From contig JBGULD010000005.1 in assembly GCA_045114745.1 (NCBI GenBank), positions 1,467 through 65,466 of the forward strand: a stretch of 64,000 nucleotides of DNA. Direction: 5' to 3'. Numbering within the stretch: the first letter of the stretch is position 1; each line of letters opens with the position of its first letter. The notes beneath the pieces are model-generated. The model was not told the DNA's origin. It did no database searches and saw only the letters and a program-made list of their open reading frames with translations. This document shows, one piece after another, positions 1-9,405 of this stretch. The stretch comes from Bacilli bacterium. GTDB lineage: Bacteria > Bacillota_I > Bacilli_A > RFN20 > CAG-826. A program made the translations under genes and the position numbers.

Positions 1-436
1 CATAGGAAATCCATTCTCTAATACGGGAGAATTCCACTTGAGATAATGGTCTATTTAATAATTCTTCGAATGTTCCATAAACATTGTTAATCATATCGCT
101 AACCTTTTTGGATTTCATACTCTCTTCTTCAAATGAAGAAGTCATTTGGAATTCACGATATAATTTTTGTTTTAGTGGATCTAATGTGGTAACTGTTTTC
201 TTACCTTGTGTGATGTATTCAATGAATCCACGAGTTAATAATGCAGAAAGGATTTTATCGATATCTTTGATATCTAAAGTCATTTTTAAAGACAATAAAT
301 CCGCAGTCACAAAAGGATTGCCTTGACCGATTAAATGGTCAATCATAAAAATCACCGCAAGTTCATCTTCACGAATCTTGAGTTTTTTATAACTTTCAAG
401 TAATAAAAATCTAAAATCTATAGCTTCGGAAATCAT
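1..436 (-). CDS. DnaD-domain replication initiation / helicase-loading accessory protein; the 3' end runs off the window
   Basis: Not in the ORF track because it runs off the edge. Manual minus-strand translation from the ATG at 436 gives MISEAIDFRFLLLESYKKLKIREDELAVIFMIDHL...NRPLSQVEFSRIREWISY. It has a winged-helix-like N-terminus and a DnaD-type C-terminal repeat (LSxxExxxIxxW). The tracked ORF 84..326 (+) is its antisense shadow. Confidence 0.55.
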   Translation of the reverse strand, partial: MISEAIDFRFLLLESYKKLKIREDELAVIFMIDHLIGQGNPFVTADLLSLKMTLDIKDIDKILSALLTRGFIEYITQGKKTVTTLDPLKQKLYREFQMTSSFEEESMKSKKVSDMINNVYGTFEELLNRPLSQVEFSRIREWISY

Positions 437-442
437 GTGCTA

Positions 443-1126
443 TTACTCTATCACATCTAAAAGATGTTTGATATTATAATCTTCAAATTTTTGCATTATT
501 AATGCTTTATCGTTTGATTTGATCTTTTTGATGTCTTGTCTGACTTTATCAATATTGAGTTTTTCAATAAGGGAAATATTATCTTTAATTGCAATGTCCA
601 ATTCACTATCGATGGTCAAATTAAAATCGATAGAAAACCGCAACGCACGGATAATTCTCATTGGATCTTCTTTTAACCTATTTTGTGGATTTCCCACCAT
701 TCTCAAAATACGCTTTTCGGCATCTTTATTTCCACCGACGTAATCGATGACTTTTAAATCCTTGTCGAGGTATAAAGCATTGATGGTAAAGTCTCTTCTT
801 TTCACATCCACGCTTAGGTCTTTGATGAACTTGATTTCTCCTGGATGTCTGGAGTCTAAATATTCATCTTCTTCTCTCATTGTGGTGATATCAAATTTGA
901 GCCCATCAACTTTAATAGAAACACTACCGAATCTTTCAAAAGTATAGTTTGCTTCCTTTAAGAATTTCTTCATCTGACTAGGCGTGGCGTCAGTAACCGC
1001 ATCCATATCAGTTAGTTCGATATCAAAAAGATAGTCTCTCACTGTTCCACCGACGAGGTATAAAGAGTAGCCATTATCGTTAAATAACTTATTCAGTTTT
1101 TGATATGTTTGTAATGCTTCGTTCAT
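443..1126 (-). CDS. Class-II tRNA nucleotidyltransferase / poly(A) polymerase family protein, unusually short (head + neck only)
   Basis: The 227-aa ORF carries LYLVGGTVRDYLFDIELTDMDAV (GGxVRD plus DxD catalytic carboxylates), RRDFTINALY and EDPMRIIRALRF motifs. No body/tail domain follows. Confidence 0.8.
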   Translation of the reverse strand: MNEALQTYQKLNKLFNDNGYSLYLVGGTVRDYLFDIELTDMDAVTDATPSQMKKFLKEANYTFERFGSVSIKVDGLKFDITTMREEDEYLDSRHPGEIKFIKDLSVDVKRRDFTINALYLDKDLKVIDYVGGNKDAEKRILRMVGNPQNRLKEDPMRIIRALRFSIDFNLTIDSELDIAIKDNISLIEKLNIDKVRQDIKKIKSNDKALIMQKFEDYNIKHLLDVIE

Positions 1127-1190
1127 GGTTATCTAATTATATATTAATTTGATATAAAAAATAAGAGACTCAATAGTCCCTTATTCTTAC

Positions 1191-1475
1191 TTATTTATTT
1201 AATTTTGCTTTAAGTGATTTCGCTAATTTGAATGTCACTGTTTGGCTTTCTTGGATGGTGATTCTGGTGTGTTTCTTTGGATCGGTTCCATCTCTTCTTT
1301 TTCTCATCTTAGGAGTGAATGAACCGAAGTTTGTAATGTTAACTTCTCTTCCTTCTAAGACAGCCTTTTCAATTAAATCGAAGGCGACTTCAATTGCGCT
1401 TTCAGCATCCTTTTTGCTGATGTGCGCTTTTTCAGCGACCTGTTCAATGAGGTCACGCTTGTTTAATTTTTGCAT
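1191..1475 (-). CDS. hup: HU-family DNA-binding protein
   Basis: MQKLNKRDLIEQVAEKAHISKKDAESAIEVAFDLIEKAV...NFGSFTPKMRKRRDGTDPKK shows an HU/IHF fold signature. The start is taken at the internal Met (residue 10 of the tracked ORF), giving 94 aa. Confidence 0.85.
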   Translation of the reverse strand: MQKLNKRDLIEQVAEKAHISKKDAESAIEVAFDLIEKAVLEGREVNITNFGSFTPKMRKRRDGTDPKKHTRITIQESQTVTFKLAKSLKAKLNK

Positions 1476-1510
1476 ATTGTTTTCCCCTTTTAAAACTAGC
1501 ACTTATTATA

Positions 1511-2821
1511 TCATTGTTTTCTATTTCTCACTACGAGATTAATTGGTGTTCCTTCAAAGTTGAATGTTTCTCTTAATCTATTCTCAAGATACCGTAGGTA
1601 TGAGAAGTGCATCCACTCGGAATTATTCACAAATAAGACGATGGTTGGAGGTGCAGTAGATACTTGAGAACAATATAGTATTTTAATTCTCCCTCCGTTG
1701 AAGTTTGGACTTTGATTCATCATCTGAGCATCTTGCATCACATCATTTAATAAAGAGGTCTTTACTCTTGTGTGATAAGCTTGATGGACAAGTTCTAATG
1801 TTTCAAATATGGTATTGATTCTTTGTTTCTTTAGTGCGGAGACAAAGCATATCGGTGCATAATCTAAAAACTTATATTCTTGTCTAATCCATTTAGTCAT
1901 TTCACTTGTGGTATTTGTCTGTTTATCAACAAGATCATATTTGTTAACAACAATGATAATGGCTTTATGTAAATCAGTCGCATAGCTGATGACGTGTTTA
2001 TCTTGTTCAGTAATACCTTCTTTACCATCTAACACGAGTAAGACAATTTCACTTCTTTCAATCGCTTTAAGTGCGCGTATTGCAGAATATTTATCAATGG
2101 CTTCAAAGATTTTGCCTTTCTTTTTTAATCCCGCTGTATCAATAACGATGTACTGTTTATCACCCTTAGTAAATGGGGTATCAATTGAGTCTCTAGTGGT
2201 ACCAGAAATATTAGAAACAATAACGCGATCTTGATTCAAAATTGCATTTACTAATGAAGACTTTCCGACATTAGGTCTACCGACCATACAGAAGGTAATT
2301 TTCTCTTCATCAATAACTTCAGAATTCTCTGGTAAATGTTTCACAATTTCGTTTAATAAATCACCGATTCCAATACCATGTGCACCGGAAACAACAATCG
2401 GTTCACCAAGGCCTAAACCATAGAATTCTTGGGCATCAGAAATGTGACTTCCTTCATCAATTTTATTAACCGCTAGGATGATTGGTTTTTTAACCTTATA
2501 TAGCATCTTACTAACCACTCTATCATCCGCGGTAATTCCGACTTTTCCATCCGCGACAAAAACAATGACATCCGCTTCTTCAATAGCGATTTCAACTTGT
2601 GTTCTTATCTGTTCTTGGAAAGGACGGTTGGCGATTTCAATACCGCCTGTATCAATTAAAGAAAAGCTATGGCCAAGCCATTCGCATTTTCCATATAATC
2701 TATCTCTAGTGATGCCCGCTTCATCATCAACGATTGCGTGGCGTTCACCAATCATACGATTAAAAATCGTTGATTTACCAACGTTAGGAGATCCAACTAT
2801 TGCCACAATGCCATTAGGCAT
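1511..2821 (-). CDS. der: Ribosome-biogenesis GTPase Der (EngA), with two tandem GTPase domains
   Basis: Two G1 motifs are present (GSPNVGKST and GRPNVGKSS), plus DTGG/DTAG and NKID/NKYD motifs. The start is moved to MPNGIVAIVG (ATG at 2821), which overlaps the cmk stop by 8 nt. The tracked N-terminal extension lies inside cmk. Confidence 0.9.
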   Translation of the reverse strand: MPNGIVAIVGSPNVGKSTIFNRMIGERHAIVDDEAGITRDRLYGKCEWLGHSFSLIDTGGIEIANRPFQEQIRTQVEIAIEEADVIVFVADGKVGITADDRVVSKMLYKVKKPIILAVNKIDEGSHISDAQEFYGLGLGEPIVVSGAHGIGIGDLLNEIVKHLPENSEVIDEEKITFCMVGRPNVGKSSLVNAILNQDRVIVSNISGTTRDSIDTPFTKGDKQYIVIDTAGLKKKGKIFEAIDKYSAIRALKAIERSEIVLLVLDGKEGITEQDKHVISYATDLHKAIIIVVNKYDLVDKQTNTTSEMTKWIRQEYKFLDYAPICFVSALKKQRINTIFETLELVHQAYHTRVKTSLLNDVMQDAQMMNQSPNFNGGRIKILYCSQVSTAPPTIVLFVNNSEWMHFSYLRYLENRLRETFNFEGTPINLVVRNRKQ

Positions 2822-3497
2822 TGCCTTCGGCCTCCTTTTGTTTGATCTTCTTATCGATAATTTCGATAACCGCATTAACGACTTCATCGACAGACATAAA
2901 TGAAGTATCTAAAAGAATAGAATCCGCTGCCGGTTTAAGTGGAGCGAAATCTCTATGAGAATCGATATAATCTCTCTTTCTCACATCTTCTTCAATTTCT
3001 TCTAATGTACATGGAATGCCTTTGGCGACATTCTCGTCATATCTACGTATAGCGCGTGTTTCTACGCTCGCGATTTGGAAAATCTTCACGTCTGCGTTAG
3101 GTAACACGTATGTGCCTATGTCACGACCATCCATAATGACAGAGTGTTTTCCCGCCATCGCTCTTTGTTGGTCAACTAAGAATAAACGGATATCTTTATA
3201 AGAAGCAATATATGAAACATTACCAGAAACTCTAGGTTCACGAATTGGTTTGGTAATATCGATGTCATTACATAAAACAATTCCGCCTGGTCTTAATTTA
3301 ATTCTCACTTCGGGAATTAATGCTACGCATTCAGCTTCATTTTGGCAGTTTACACCTTTTTCCATGCAGTACCATGTGAAAGCACGATACATCGCGCCTG
3401 TGTCGATGTATGTGTAACACTTAATTTCAGCTACCTTTTTAGCAACAGTAGATTTTCCAGCAGCGGCTGGTCCATCAATAGCAACAGAGATTTTCAT
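2814..3497 (-). CDS. cmk: Cytidylate kinase
   Basis: MKISVAIDGPAAAGKSTVAKKVA provides the P-loop, DTGAMYR is present, and the size of 227 aa fits. The conserved cmk-der gene order is seen. Confidence 0.9.
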   Translation of the reverse strand: MKISVAIDGPAAAGKSTVAKKVAEIKCYTYIDTGAMYRAFTWYCMEKGVNCQNEAECVALIPEVRIKLRPGGIVLCNDIDITKPIREPRVSGNVSYIASYKDIRLFLVDQQRAMAGKHSVIMDGRDIGTYVLPNADVKIFQIASVETRAIRRYDENVAKGIPCTLEEIEEDVRKRDYIDSHRDFAPLKPAADSILLDTSFMSVDEVVNAVIEIIDKKIKQKEAEGNA

Positions 3498-3507
3498 AAA
3501 TACACTC

Positions 3508-3795
3508 CTATTTAAATACTAAAACCGCAAATACGATTATTCCCGCCACAACAAGAGCTAAACCTAATCCGATTAAAACGTATTTAAGAATAGTTCTTCT
3601 TTTGGCTTTTCTGACATAGATTTCTTCATCCTCTTCTTCCACAAGAGCTTCCATTACTTGGTCCATAGGAAGAGTGGATGTCGTCTCAAAATGGGAAGGA
3701 TTTCCTTCATTTGTTGACTCTTCAATAACAGGGGAATCCTCTTTAATTAAAGAGTTGCGATATTCTTTAAATTTTTGAATTCTTGAGGTTCCCAT
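3508..3795 (-). CDS. Small hypothetical membrane protein (acidic N-terminal half, single C-terminal TM helix)
   Basis: The 95-aa ORF ends in ILKYVLIGLGLALVVAGIIVFAVLVF. I recognise no family. Confidence 0.5.
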   Translation of the reverse strand: MGTSRIQKFKEYRNSLIKEDSPVIEESTNEGNPSHFETTSTLPMDQVMEALVEEEDEEIYVRKAKRRTILKYVLIGLGLALVVAGIIVFAVLVFK

Positions 3796-3878
3796 ATAAA
3801 CTTATCTTTTTTTATTTTATAAAAATTGATTATTATTTTGTAGTAAAAAATAAGTTTTTTGAAAATAGCCAACAATTA

Positions 3879-3907
3879 TTGAAACAAACACTCTAATAAG
3901 ATATAAT
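3879..3907 (+). promoter_or_regulatory. Sigma-A-type promoter for the ferredoxin gene
   Basis: TTGAAA (3879-3884), a 17-nt spacer and TATAAT (3902-3907), followed by the AAGGAGG RBS at 3922-3928. Confidence 0.5.
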
Positions 3908-3936
3908 TCAAGCATAAACCTAAGGAGGAAATTTCG

Positions 3937-4116
3937 ATGGCCAAAAAGAAAGTCAGACTAGATCAAAGTCTTTGCATCGGTTGTGGTTGCTGCGCAGGCA
4001 CATATCCAGATGATTTCAGAATTGGTGACTCCGGCTTAGCAGAAGTCGTTGCAGAAACCGCAGAAGAAGACGCCGTCAGTATCTGCCCTGTTGGTGCAAT
4101 CTCCATTGAGGAGTAA
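3937..4116 (+). CDS. Small 4Fe-4S ferredoxin (59 aa)
   Basis: Below the ORF-track size cutoff. Manual translation gives MAKKKVRLDQSLCIGCGCCAGTYPDDFRIGDSGLAEVVAETAEEDAVSICPVGAISIEE, with a CxxCxxC...CP cluster motif. A strong AAGGAGG RBS sits 8 nt upstream. The tracked ORF 3963..4172 (-) is antisense to it. Confidence 0.8.
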   Translation: MAKKKVRLDQSLCIGCGCCAGTYPDDFRIGDSGLAEVVAETAEEDAVSICPVGAISIEE

Positions 4117-4124
4117 AGATATTT

Positions 4125-4154
4125 AAAAACTAGGTTCAATGACCTAGTTTTTTT
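4125..4154. terminator. Bidirectional rho-independent terminator shared by the ferredoxin (+) and ribU (-) genes
   Basis: AAAAACTAGGT-tcaatg-ACCTAGTTTTTTT is a 7-bp stem flanked by an A-run and a T-run. The ribU stop codon lies inside the stem. Confidence 0.7.
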
Positions 4155-4848
4155 GTTGCCCAATTCTATCAATAATTCTATGTAGTCTCTTATATAAGAG
4201 AAATGTTATTACAACCACAATTGCATCCTTCATCGCATTAAACGGTAATCCCACAAAGAAGAAGAATGTCCATCCTAATGAAGTTACATTTGGATTTGCG
4301 GCCCGACACATATTTAATATGACTTGTTTTGGCCACCCCATCATAAAGATATAGAAATCTAATATTAAGAACGAAGTAATAAGCGCTGATCCAATAACTT
4401 GGATAACGGTTGCTATAAGCAAACCGATTAAAGCACCCTTAATACTTCTGTTTTTCTTATAGATAATGGCGGCAGGTATTACAAACAAAGATGAATAGAT
4501 GAAATCCGCTAGTTCACCAACCATCATTGTGTTACTCATCGGTAATTTAACAATAGTCTTTATCAAGATGACAAAGAAACCACTTAATGGACCATAAGCA
4601 AACCCAGCGATTAAAGCAGGAACTTCATCGAAGTGGAATTCTAAAAATGCAGGGAAGAATGGAACGGAGAATTTAAGGCCTGGAACAAGGTATAAAATTA
4701 TCGACATTGCGGCAAATAAGCCGGTTCTTGCAATGAATTTGGTGGTAATTGGACTCTTTTTGCCAATTAATTTGGATAAACAAAACACACCTGCAATAAG
4801 CGCAAATGCGATAGCTATTACCAATCTCGTTAAGTCAAATTTATCCAT
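4144..4848 (-). CDS. ribU: ECF-transporter substrate-specific (S) component, riboflavin type
   Basis: The 234-aa protein is polytopic with about 6 TM segments. It lies directly downstream of an FMN riboswitch, which supports riboflavin specificity. Confidence 0.75.
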   Translation of the reverse strand: MDKFDLTRLVIAIAFALIAGVFCLSKLIGKKSPITTKFIARTGLFAAMSIILYLVPGLKFSVPFFPAFLEFHFDEVPALIAGFAYGPLSGFFVILIKTIVKLPMSNTMMVGELADFIYSSLFVIPAAIIYKKNRSIKGALIGLLIATVIQVIGSALITSFLILDFYIFMMGWPKQVILNMCRAANPNVTSLGWTFFFFVGLPFNAMKDAIVVVITFLLYKRLHRIIDRIGQQKN

Positions 4849-4855
4849 AAAAAAT

Positions 4856-4990
4856 AGGCCTAGTCCAAGGCCTTGAAAAAAACTTCTTTCATCCAGACTT
4901 TACTGTCGCCGCTTGAATCTCACAAGCTCATGCCTTTCGGCTCGTGGGGTATACCACCGGTCGCGTTATTCGCTGCCCTGAAGCAAGTTT
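4856..4990 (-). promoter_or_regulatory. FMN riboswitch (RFN element) with a hairpin expression platform
   Basis: The minus strand reads CAGGGCAGCGAATAACGCGACCGGTGGTATACCCCACGAGCC...GAGATTCAAGCGGCGACAGTAAAGTCTGGATGAAAGAAG. This matches conserved RFN core segments (AGGGC..GAA..CCGGTGGTA..CGAGCC.....GACAGTAAAGTCTGGATG.AAGAAG). A hairpin AGGCC-n8-GGCCT plus a U-run (4856-4873) sits immediately before the ribU ATG. Confidence 0.85.
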
Positions 4991-5008
4991 AATTATACCC
5001 CTATTTTC

Positions 5009-5710
5009 TTATAATGGTAGTTTTTTAATATCGCTATATTGGCGAGGATACTTTTTGTTAGTTTCTTTGTCCTTACGAATATAGATAATTGCTCTTTTTT
5101 CTTGTGATTCTGGAAGTGTCAATTCAAAGATATGATCAATTGAACAACCTAACTTTTTAAATGCATTTAGAGAGTCATTAATTTCCTCTTCATATTTATC
5201 ACCTTTAAGAGCAATAAATGTGCTACCCACTTTTAACATTGGAATGATTAATTCAAGGAGAATATTTAAAGAGGCAACCGCTCTAGCGGTAGCAAAATCA
5301 AATTTGTTTCTATTGTTTCTAGCGTAGTCTTCCGCTCTATCGCTAACACCATGAATCATAAGATTATTTGCTGAAGCAAATTCTTTCAAATAATCGACTT
5401 TCTTTTTTGTGGAATCTAATAAAGTAACATTAGCATCTTTAGCTAAAATTCTTATTACCATTCCTGGGAAACCAGCACCTGTTCCGACATCAATGATTGA
5501 TTTATTATCTAAATCTAATTCGTATAAAGAAAGTGCGGAATCAAAAATCATTTTTTCCACAAATTGTTCTCTATCTTTAATCGCGGTTAGATTAAATTTT
5601 TCATTCTCAGATAATGTCGATTCCATTAACGTCATCAAAAGATTTAATTGTTCTTGGTCACAACTAATATCGTACTTTTGTAATTGTTCAAATAATTGTT
5701 CTTTGTTCAT
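5009..5710 (-). CDS. rsmG: 16S rRNA (guanine527-N7)-methyltransferase RsmG (GidB)
   Basis: The SAM-binding motif IIDVGTGAGFPGMVI is present, the size is 233 aa, and the gene sits immediately downstream of mnmG in the conserved gidA-gidB order. Confidence 0.9.
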   Translation of the reverse strand: MNKEQLFEQLQKYDISCDQEQLNLLMTLMESTLSENEKFNLTAIKDREQFVEKMIFDSALSLYELDLDNKSIIDVGTGAGFPGMVIRILAKDANVTLLDSTKKKVDYLKEFASANNLMIHGVSDRAEDYARNNRNKFDFATARAVASLNILLELIIPMLKVGSTFIALKGDKYEEEINDSLNAFKKLGCSIDHIFELTLPESQEKRAIIYIRKDKETNKKYPRQYSDIKKLPL

Positions 5711-5712
5711 AA

Positions 5713-7578
5713 CTAAATCTTCTTTTTAATGTTCAAAATAAGGATGGAAATATCAGCGGGATTAACACCAGAAATACGAGAGGCTTGTCCAATGGTTAAA
5801 GGTTGCACCTTGTTTAACTTACTTCTAGCTTCAAGTGCTAAACCATCCATATGTAAATAATCTATACCAGAAGGAATCTTCATTGCGTCTAGTTTAGCCA
5901 TACCTTCTGCTTCTTTGATTTGTTTGATGATATATCCCTCATATTTAGCGATCACTTCAATCTCCTCAACTGTGGACTCATCAAGTGAAAAACCTTCTAG
6001 TTCTTGGATAAATTTTGAAATTTCTGAATATTTTACATTTGGACGCTTCAATAATTCAAAAGCTTGAACGCCGCCCTTGAGTTCGTTAAAACCAAGGCTG
6101 GTGATGTAATCTTCTACTTCTTTTCTCTTACCTAAATAGACACTCTTTAAAATATCTGTGACGTTTTGAATGTCGGCTTTCTTCTTCAAAAATCTTTGAT
6201 ATCTATCTTCTTTGATTAAACCTACTTGATGTCCAATTTCAGTTAATCTTAAATCTGCGTTATCATGACGCAATAATAATCTAAATTCAGCACGAGATGA
6301 CATTAAACGATATGGTTCTAATGTGCCCTTGGTCACTAAGTCATCAATCATAACACCAATATAGGATTGGTCTCTTCTTAATATAAGCGGTTCTTTGCCT
6401 TCAATCTTCAAACAGGCATTTATGCCTGCCATTAAACCAAGACCAGCCGCTTCTTCATATCCAGAGGTACCACAAATCTGACCACCGATATATAAGCCCG
6501 GCCATTTTTTAAGTTCTAATGTTGGGCCATATTCTTCTGGAACGATTAAATCATATTCAATTGCATAGGCATATTTTAAGAAAACAGCATTTTCAAATCC
6601 TGGTAATGATCTCACCATTTCTTCTTGGACTTCTCTAGGCATAGATGTCGAGAAGCCTTGGACATAAATGGAATCTGTATAACGTGATTCTGGTTCTAAG
6701 AACAATTGGTGTCTTTCTTTATCCGCGAAATTAACAATCTTTGATTCAATAGAAGGACAATATCTTGGACCAACACCAGTAATCAAACCAGAATACATCG
6801 CTGAATCTTTTAAGTGTTCACGAATAATATCGTGCGTATGAGGAGTCGTATAAATTAAGTAACAAGGAATTTGTTCTTCAACTGGAATAAACTCATTTGT
6901 TTCATAAGAGAAGGCTAAACGGCCTTTTGTGCCCGGTTGAATGCTTCCCTTGGTAAAATCTATGGAGTCCGCTTTTATGCGCGGAGGCGTGCCTGTTTTA
7001 AACCTTGTTGTCTCAATTCCCATGCTTCTTAGATATGGAGATAATCCTAAAGAAGGTTTTTCACCATCTGGACCTTCATCTAAAACTTCATTACCGCGGA
7101 AGATTTTACTTTCCATATATGTTCCTGTTGTTAAGATTACTGCTTTAGCAGTATATTCTTGTCCATCTTCAGTCTTAACACCAAAAACATGTTTATCATC
7201 ATGAAGTAAGGAAACAACCATTCCTTCTTTCACAGTTAAATGTTCTGTATTTAAAGTGAGTTGTTGTAAATAATCTGGATATTCTAATTTATCTTGTTGC
7301 GCTCTTAGACATTGAACACCAGGACCTTTTCCAGTATTTAACATCTTCATTTGTAAATAATGGTGGTCGGCAGCTTTTCCCATCATGCCACCGAGAGCAT
7401 CGATTTCTCTAACAACAATACCTTTTGCGGATCCACCAATAGACGGATTACAAGGCATGTTACCCATTTTCTTGAAGTTGATGGTAAGCAAAAGTGTCTC
7501 ATGCCCCATGTGAGCACAAGCAAAAGCGGCTTCTAGACCGGCATGACCACCACCGACAACAATCACTTCGTAATCCAT
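5713..7578 (-). CDS. mnmG: tRNA uridine 5-carboxymethylaminomethyl modification enzyme MnmG (GidA)
   Basis: [20 protein letters not shown] provides the FAD motif. GPRYCPSIE and FLEPE motifs are present. Size is 621 aa. Confidence 0.95.
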   Translation of the reverse strand: MDYEVIVVGGGHAGLEAAFACAHMGHETLLLTINFKKMGNMPCNPSIGGSAKGIVVREIDALGGMMGKAADHHYLQMKMLNTGKGPGVQCLRAQQDKLEYPDYLQQLTLNTEHLTVKEGMVVSLLHDDKHVFGVKTEDGQEYTAKAVILTTGTYMESKIFRGNEVLDEGPDGEKPSLGLSPYLRSMGIETTRFKTGTPPRIKADSIDFTKGSIQPGTKGRLAFSYETNEFIPVEEQIPCYLIYTTPHTHDIIREHLKDSAMYSGLITGVGPRYCPSIESKIVNFADKERHQLFLEPESRYTDSIYVQGFSTSMPREVQEEMVRSLPGFENAVFLKYAYAIEYDLIVPEEYGPTLELKKWPGLYIGGQICGTSGYEEAAGLGLMAGINACLKIEGKEPLILRRDQSYIGVMIDDLVTKGTLEPYRLMSSRAEFRLLLRHDNADLRLTEIGHQVGLIKEDRYQRFLKKKADIQNVTDILKSVYLGKRKEVEDYITSLGFNELKGGVQAFELLKRPNVKYSEISKFIQELEGFSLDESTVEEIEVIAKYEGYIIKQIKEAEGMAKLDAMKIPSGIDYLHMDGLALEARSKLNKVQPLTIGQASRISGVNPADISILILNIKKKI

Positions 7579-8975
7579 TAACCAACACTACCTTCCATAT
7601 CCATCTTGATAAGTTGATTAAGTTCGACAGCATATTCCATTGGGAGTTCTCTTGAGAATGGTTCAATAAATCCCATGATAATCATTTGTGTCGCTTCTTT
7701 TTCATTAATACCACGACTCATTAAATAGAATAATTGTTCTTCACTAATCTTACTGACGGTCGCTTCATGTTCAATAAATGAAGTATTATTTCTCACTTCA
7801 TTTGTGGGGATTGTATTACTACGTGATAATTCATCCAAAATCAAAGTATCGCATTCAACGTGACTACGACAATTCTTCGCGCCTTCTTTATGTCTAACAG
7901 TGCCGCGGTAATTTGCGACACCACCATTTTTCACAATTGACTTAGAAATAATCGTGGATGTTGTATCATCCGCTTCATGGATCATTCTCGCACCAGCATC
8001 TTGATATTGATTCTTACCAGCAACAGCAATTGATATACATGTACCCTTAGCACCTCTACCTTTTAAAATACAAGCTGGATATTTCATATTTGTTTGGCTA
8101 CCGATATTACCATCAATCCATTCCATTTGGGCATCTTCATAACAAACCGCTCTCTTGGTTACGAGATTTACGATATTTGTGGACCAGTTTTGTACAGTTG
8201 AATAACGGCATTTACCACCTTTTAAGACAATGATTTCAACTACTGCAGCATGTAAGCTTTCTTTACTATATGTTGGTGCGGTACAACCTTCCACGTAATG
8301 GACATCAGCACCTTCATCGACAATGATTAAAGTTCTTTCAAATTGACCGGATTTTTCGTTATTAATTCTGAAATAACTCTGCAAAGGTTTATCCAAATGC
8401 ACATTTTTCGGAACATAAATGAAACTTCCGCCAGACCAAACTGCCCCGTTTAAAGCGGAAAATTTATTGTCAGCGATTGGTACCACTGTACCGAAATATT
8501 TCTTAAATAAATCTGGGTATAATTTGAGAGCCATATCTGTGGAAAGGAAGATCACGCCTTTATCAGATATCTCTTTTAACATGTTGTGATAAACAACTTC
8601 AGATTCATATTGAGTGGAAACACCAGAAAGATATTTTTGTTCGGCTTCAGGAATACCTAATTTAGTAAATGTATTCTTAATAGTCTCCGGAACTTCATCC
8701 CAACTTTGAACTTCTTTTTTACTTGGTCTAGTGAAATATGTATAAGAATCAAAATCTAAATAGGAAAGATCAGGTCCGAATTTGGGAAGAGGCATCGCTT
8801 TAAACGCTCTTAAAGCTTTGAGTCTAAACTCAAGCATCCATTCTGGCTCGTTTTTTAAACGAGAAATCTCTTTAACGATATCTTCATTAAGTCCGACATC
8901 AGTCTTTAAAATAGAGACATCTTCGTCTTTAAAACCGTATTTATAATCTTCTTGGAATTTAATATCGTCGACCAT
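7578..8975 (-). CDS. sufB: Fe-S cluster assembly scaffold protein SufB
   Basis: The 465-aa ORF is highly SufB-like ([47 protein letters not shown]). It is the last gene of the sufCDSUB arrangement. Confidence 0.95.
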   Translation of the reverse strand: MVDDIKFQEDYKYGFKDEDVSILKTDVGLNEDIVKEISRLKNEPEWMLEFRLKALRAFKAMPLPKFGPDLSYLDFDSYTYFTRPSKKEVQSWDEVPETIKNTFTKLGIPEAEQKYLSGVSTQYESEVVYHNMLKEISDKGVIFLSTDMALKLYPDLFKKYFGTVVPIADNKFSALNGAVWSGGSFIYVPKNVHLDKPLQSYFRINNEKSGQFERTLIIVDEGADVHYVEGCTAPTYSKESLHAAVVEIIVLKGGKCRYSTVQNWSTNIVNLVTKRAVCYEDAQMEWIDGNIGSQTNMKYPACILKGRGAKGTCISIAVAGKNQYQDAGARMIHEADDTTSTIISKSIVKNGGVANYRGTVRHKEGAKNCRSHVECDTLILDELSRSNTIPTNEVRNNTSFIEHEATVSKISEEQLFYLMSRGINEKEATQMIIMGFIEPFSRELPMEYAVELNQLIKMDMEGSVG

Positions 8976-8976
8976 T

Positions 8977-9405
8977 TTATTTACCTTTTAAGATTTTGTC
9001 CGCAGCATTCCAACCAATAGTGGCGCATCTAATCCTTGCCGCTTGTTTAGATGTATTGATGAAAACGATAGCTTCTTCTAAAACATCTTCATCAAATGGT
9101 TTTTCATGAATCATGTTGTCGTATTGAAGGAGGATGTTTCTTGCTTCTTCAATATTCTTACCTTTTAATAAGTCACACATGATATCAGTACTAGAAGTAG
9201 AAATAGTACAAGCCACTCCATCAAAACATGCATCAATTACGATATTATTTTCTATTAGTAGAAAAATATCTAAATCATCAATGCAATTATCGGAATGCAT
9301 ATGGACTTTTTCAAATTTATCAGATGTTGGTTGATGCTTATTAAGAGGATTTGAATAATGATCCATAATAATTTGACGCATCATATCATTAGTTAAAGTA
9401 GGCAT
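8977..9405 (-). CDS. sufU: SufU/IscU-like sulfur-transfer (zinc-dependent) scaffold protein
   Basis: The 142-aa ORF carries [26 protein letters not shown] and [10 protein letters not shown], which are the SufU Cys/Asp ligand motifs. It lies between sufS and sufB. Confidence 0.85.
   Translation of the reverse strand: MPTLTNDMMRQIIMDHYSNPLNKHQPTSDKFEKVHMHSDNCIDDLDIFLLIENNIVIDACFDGVACTISTSSTDIMCDLLKGKNIEEARNILLQYDNMIHEKPFDEDVLEEAIVFINTSKQAARIRCATIGWNAADKILKGK

Noticed and set aside
84-326. Tracked plus-strand 80-aa ORF at the left edge
   Set aside because: It lies antisense within a minus-strand ORF (1..436) that translates into a coherent DnaD-like protein with a proper ATG. The plus-strand product is low complexity and has no RBS.
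1511-2887. The 22-codon N-terminal extension of der in the tracked ORF
   Set aside because: The extension lies inside the cmk coding region and is Arg/Lys/Ser-rich junk. The conserved Der N-terminus (IVAIVGxPNVGKST) begins right after the Met at 2821.
3963-4172. Tracked minus-strand 69-aa ORF
   Set aside because: It is antisense to the well-supported ferredoxin gene (which has a promoter, RBS, Cys motif and terminator). It has no RBS and runs through the terminator hairpin.
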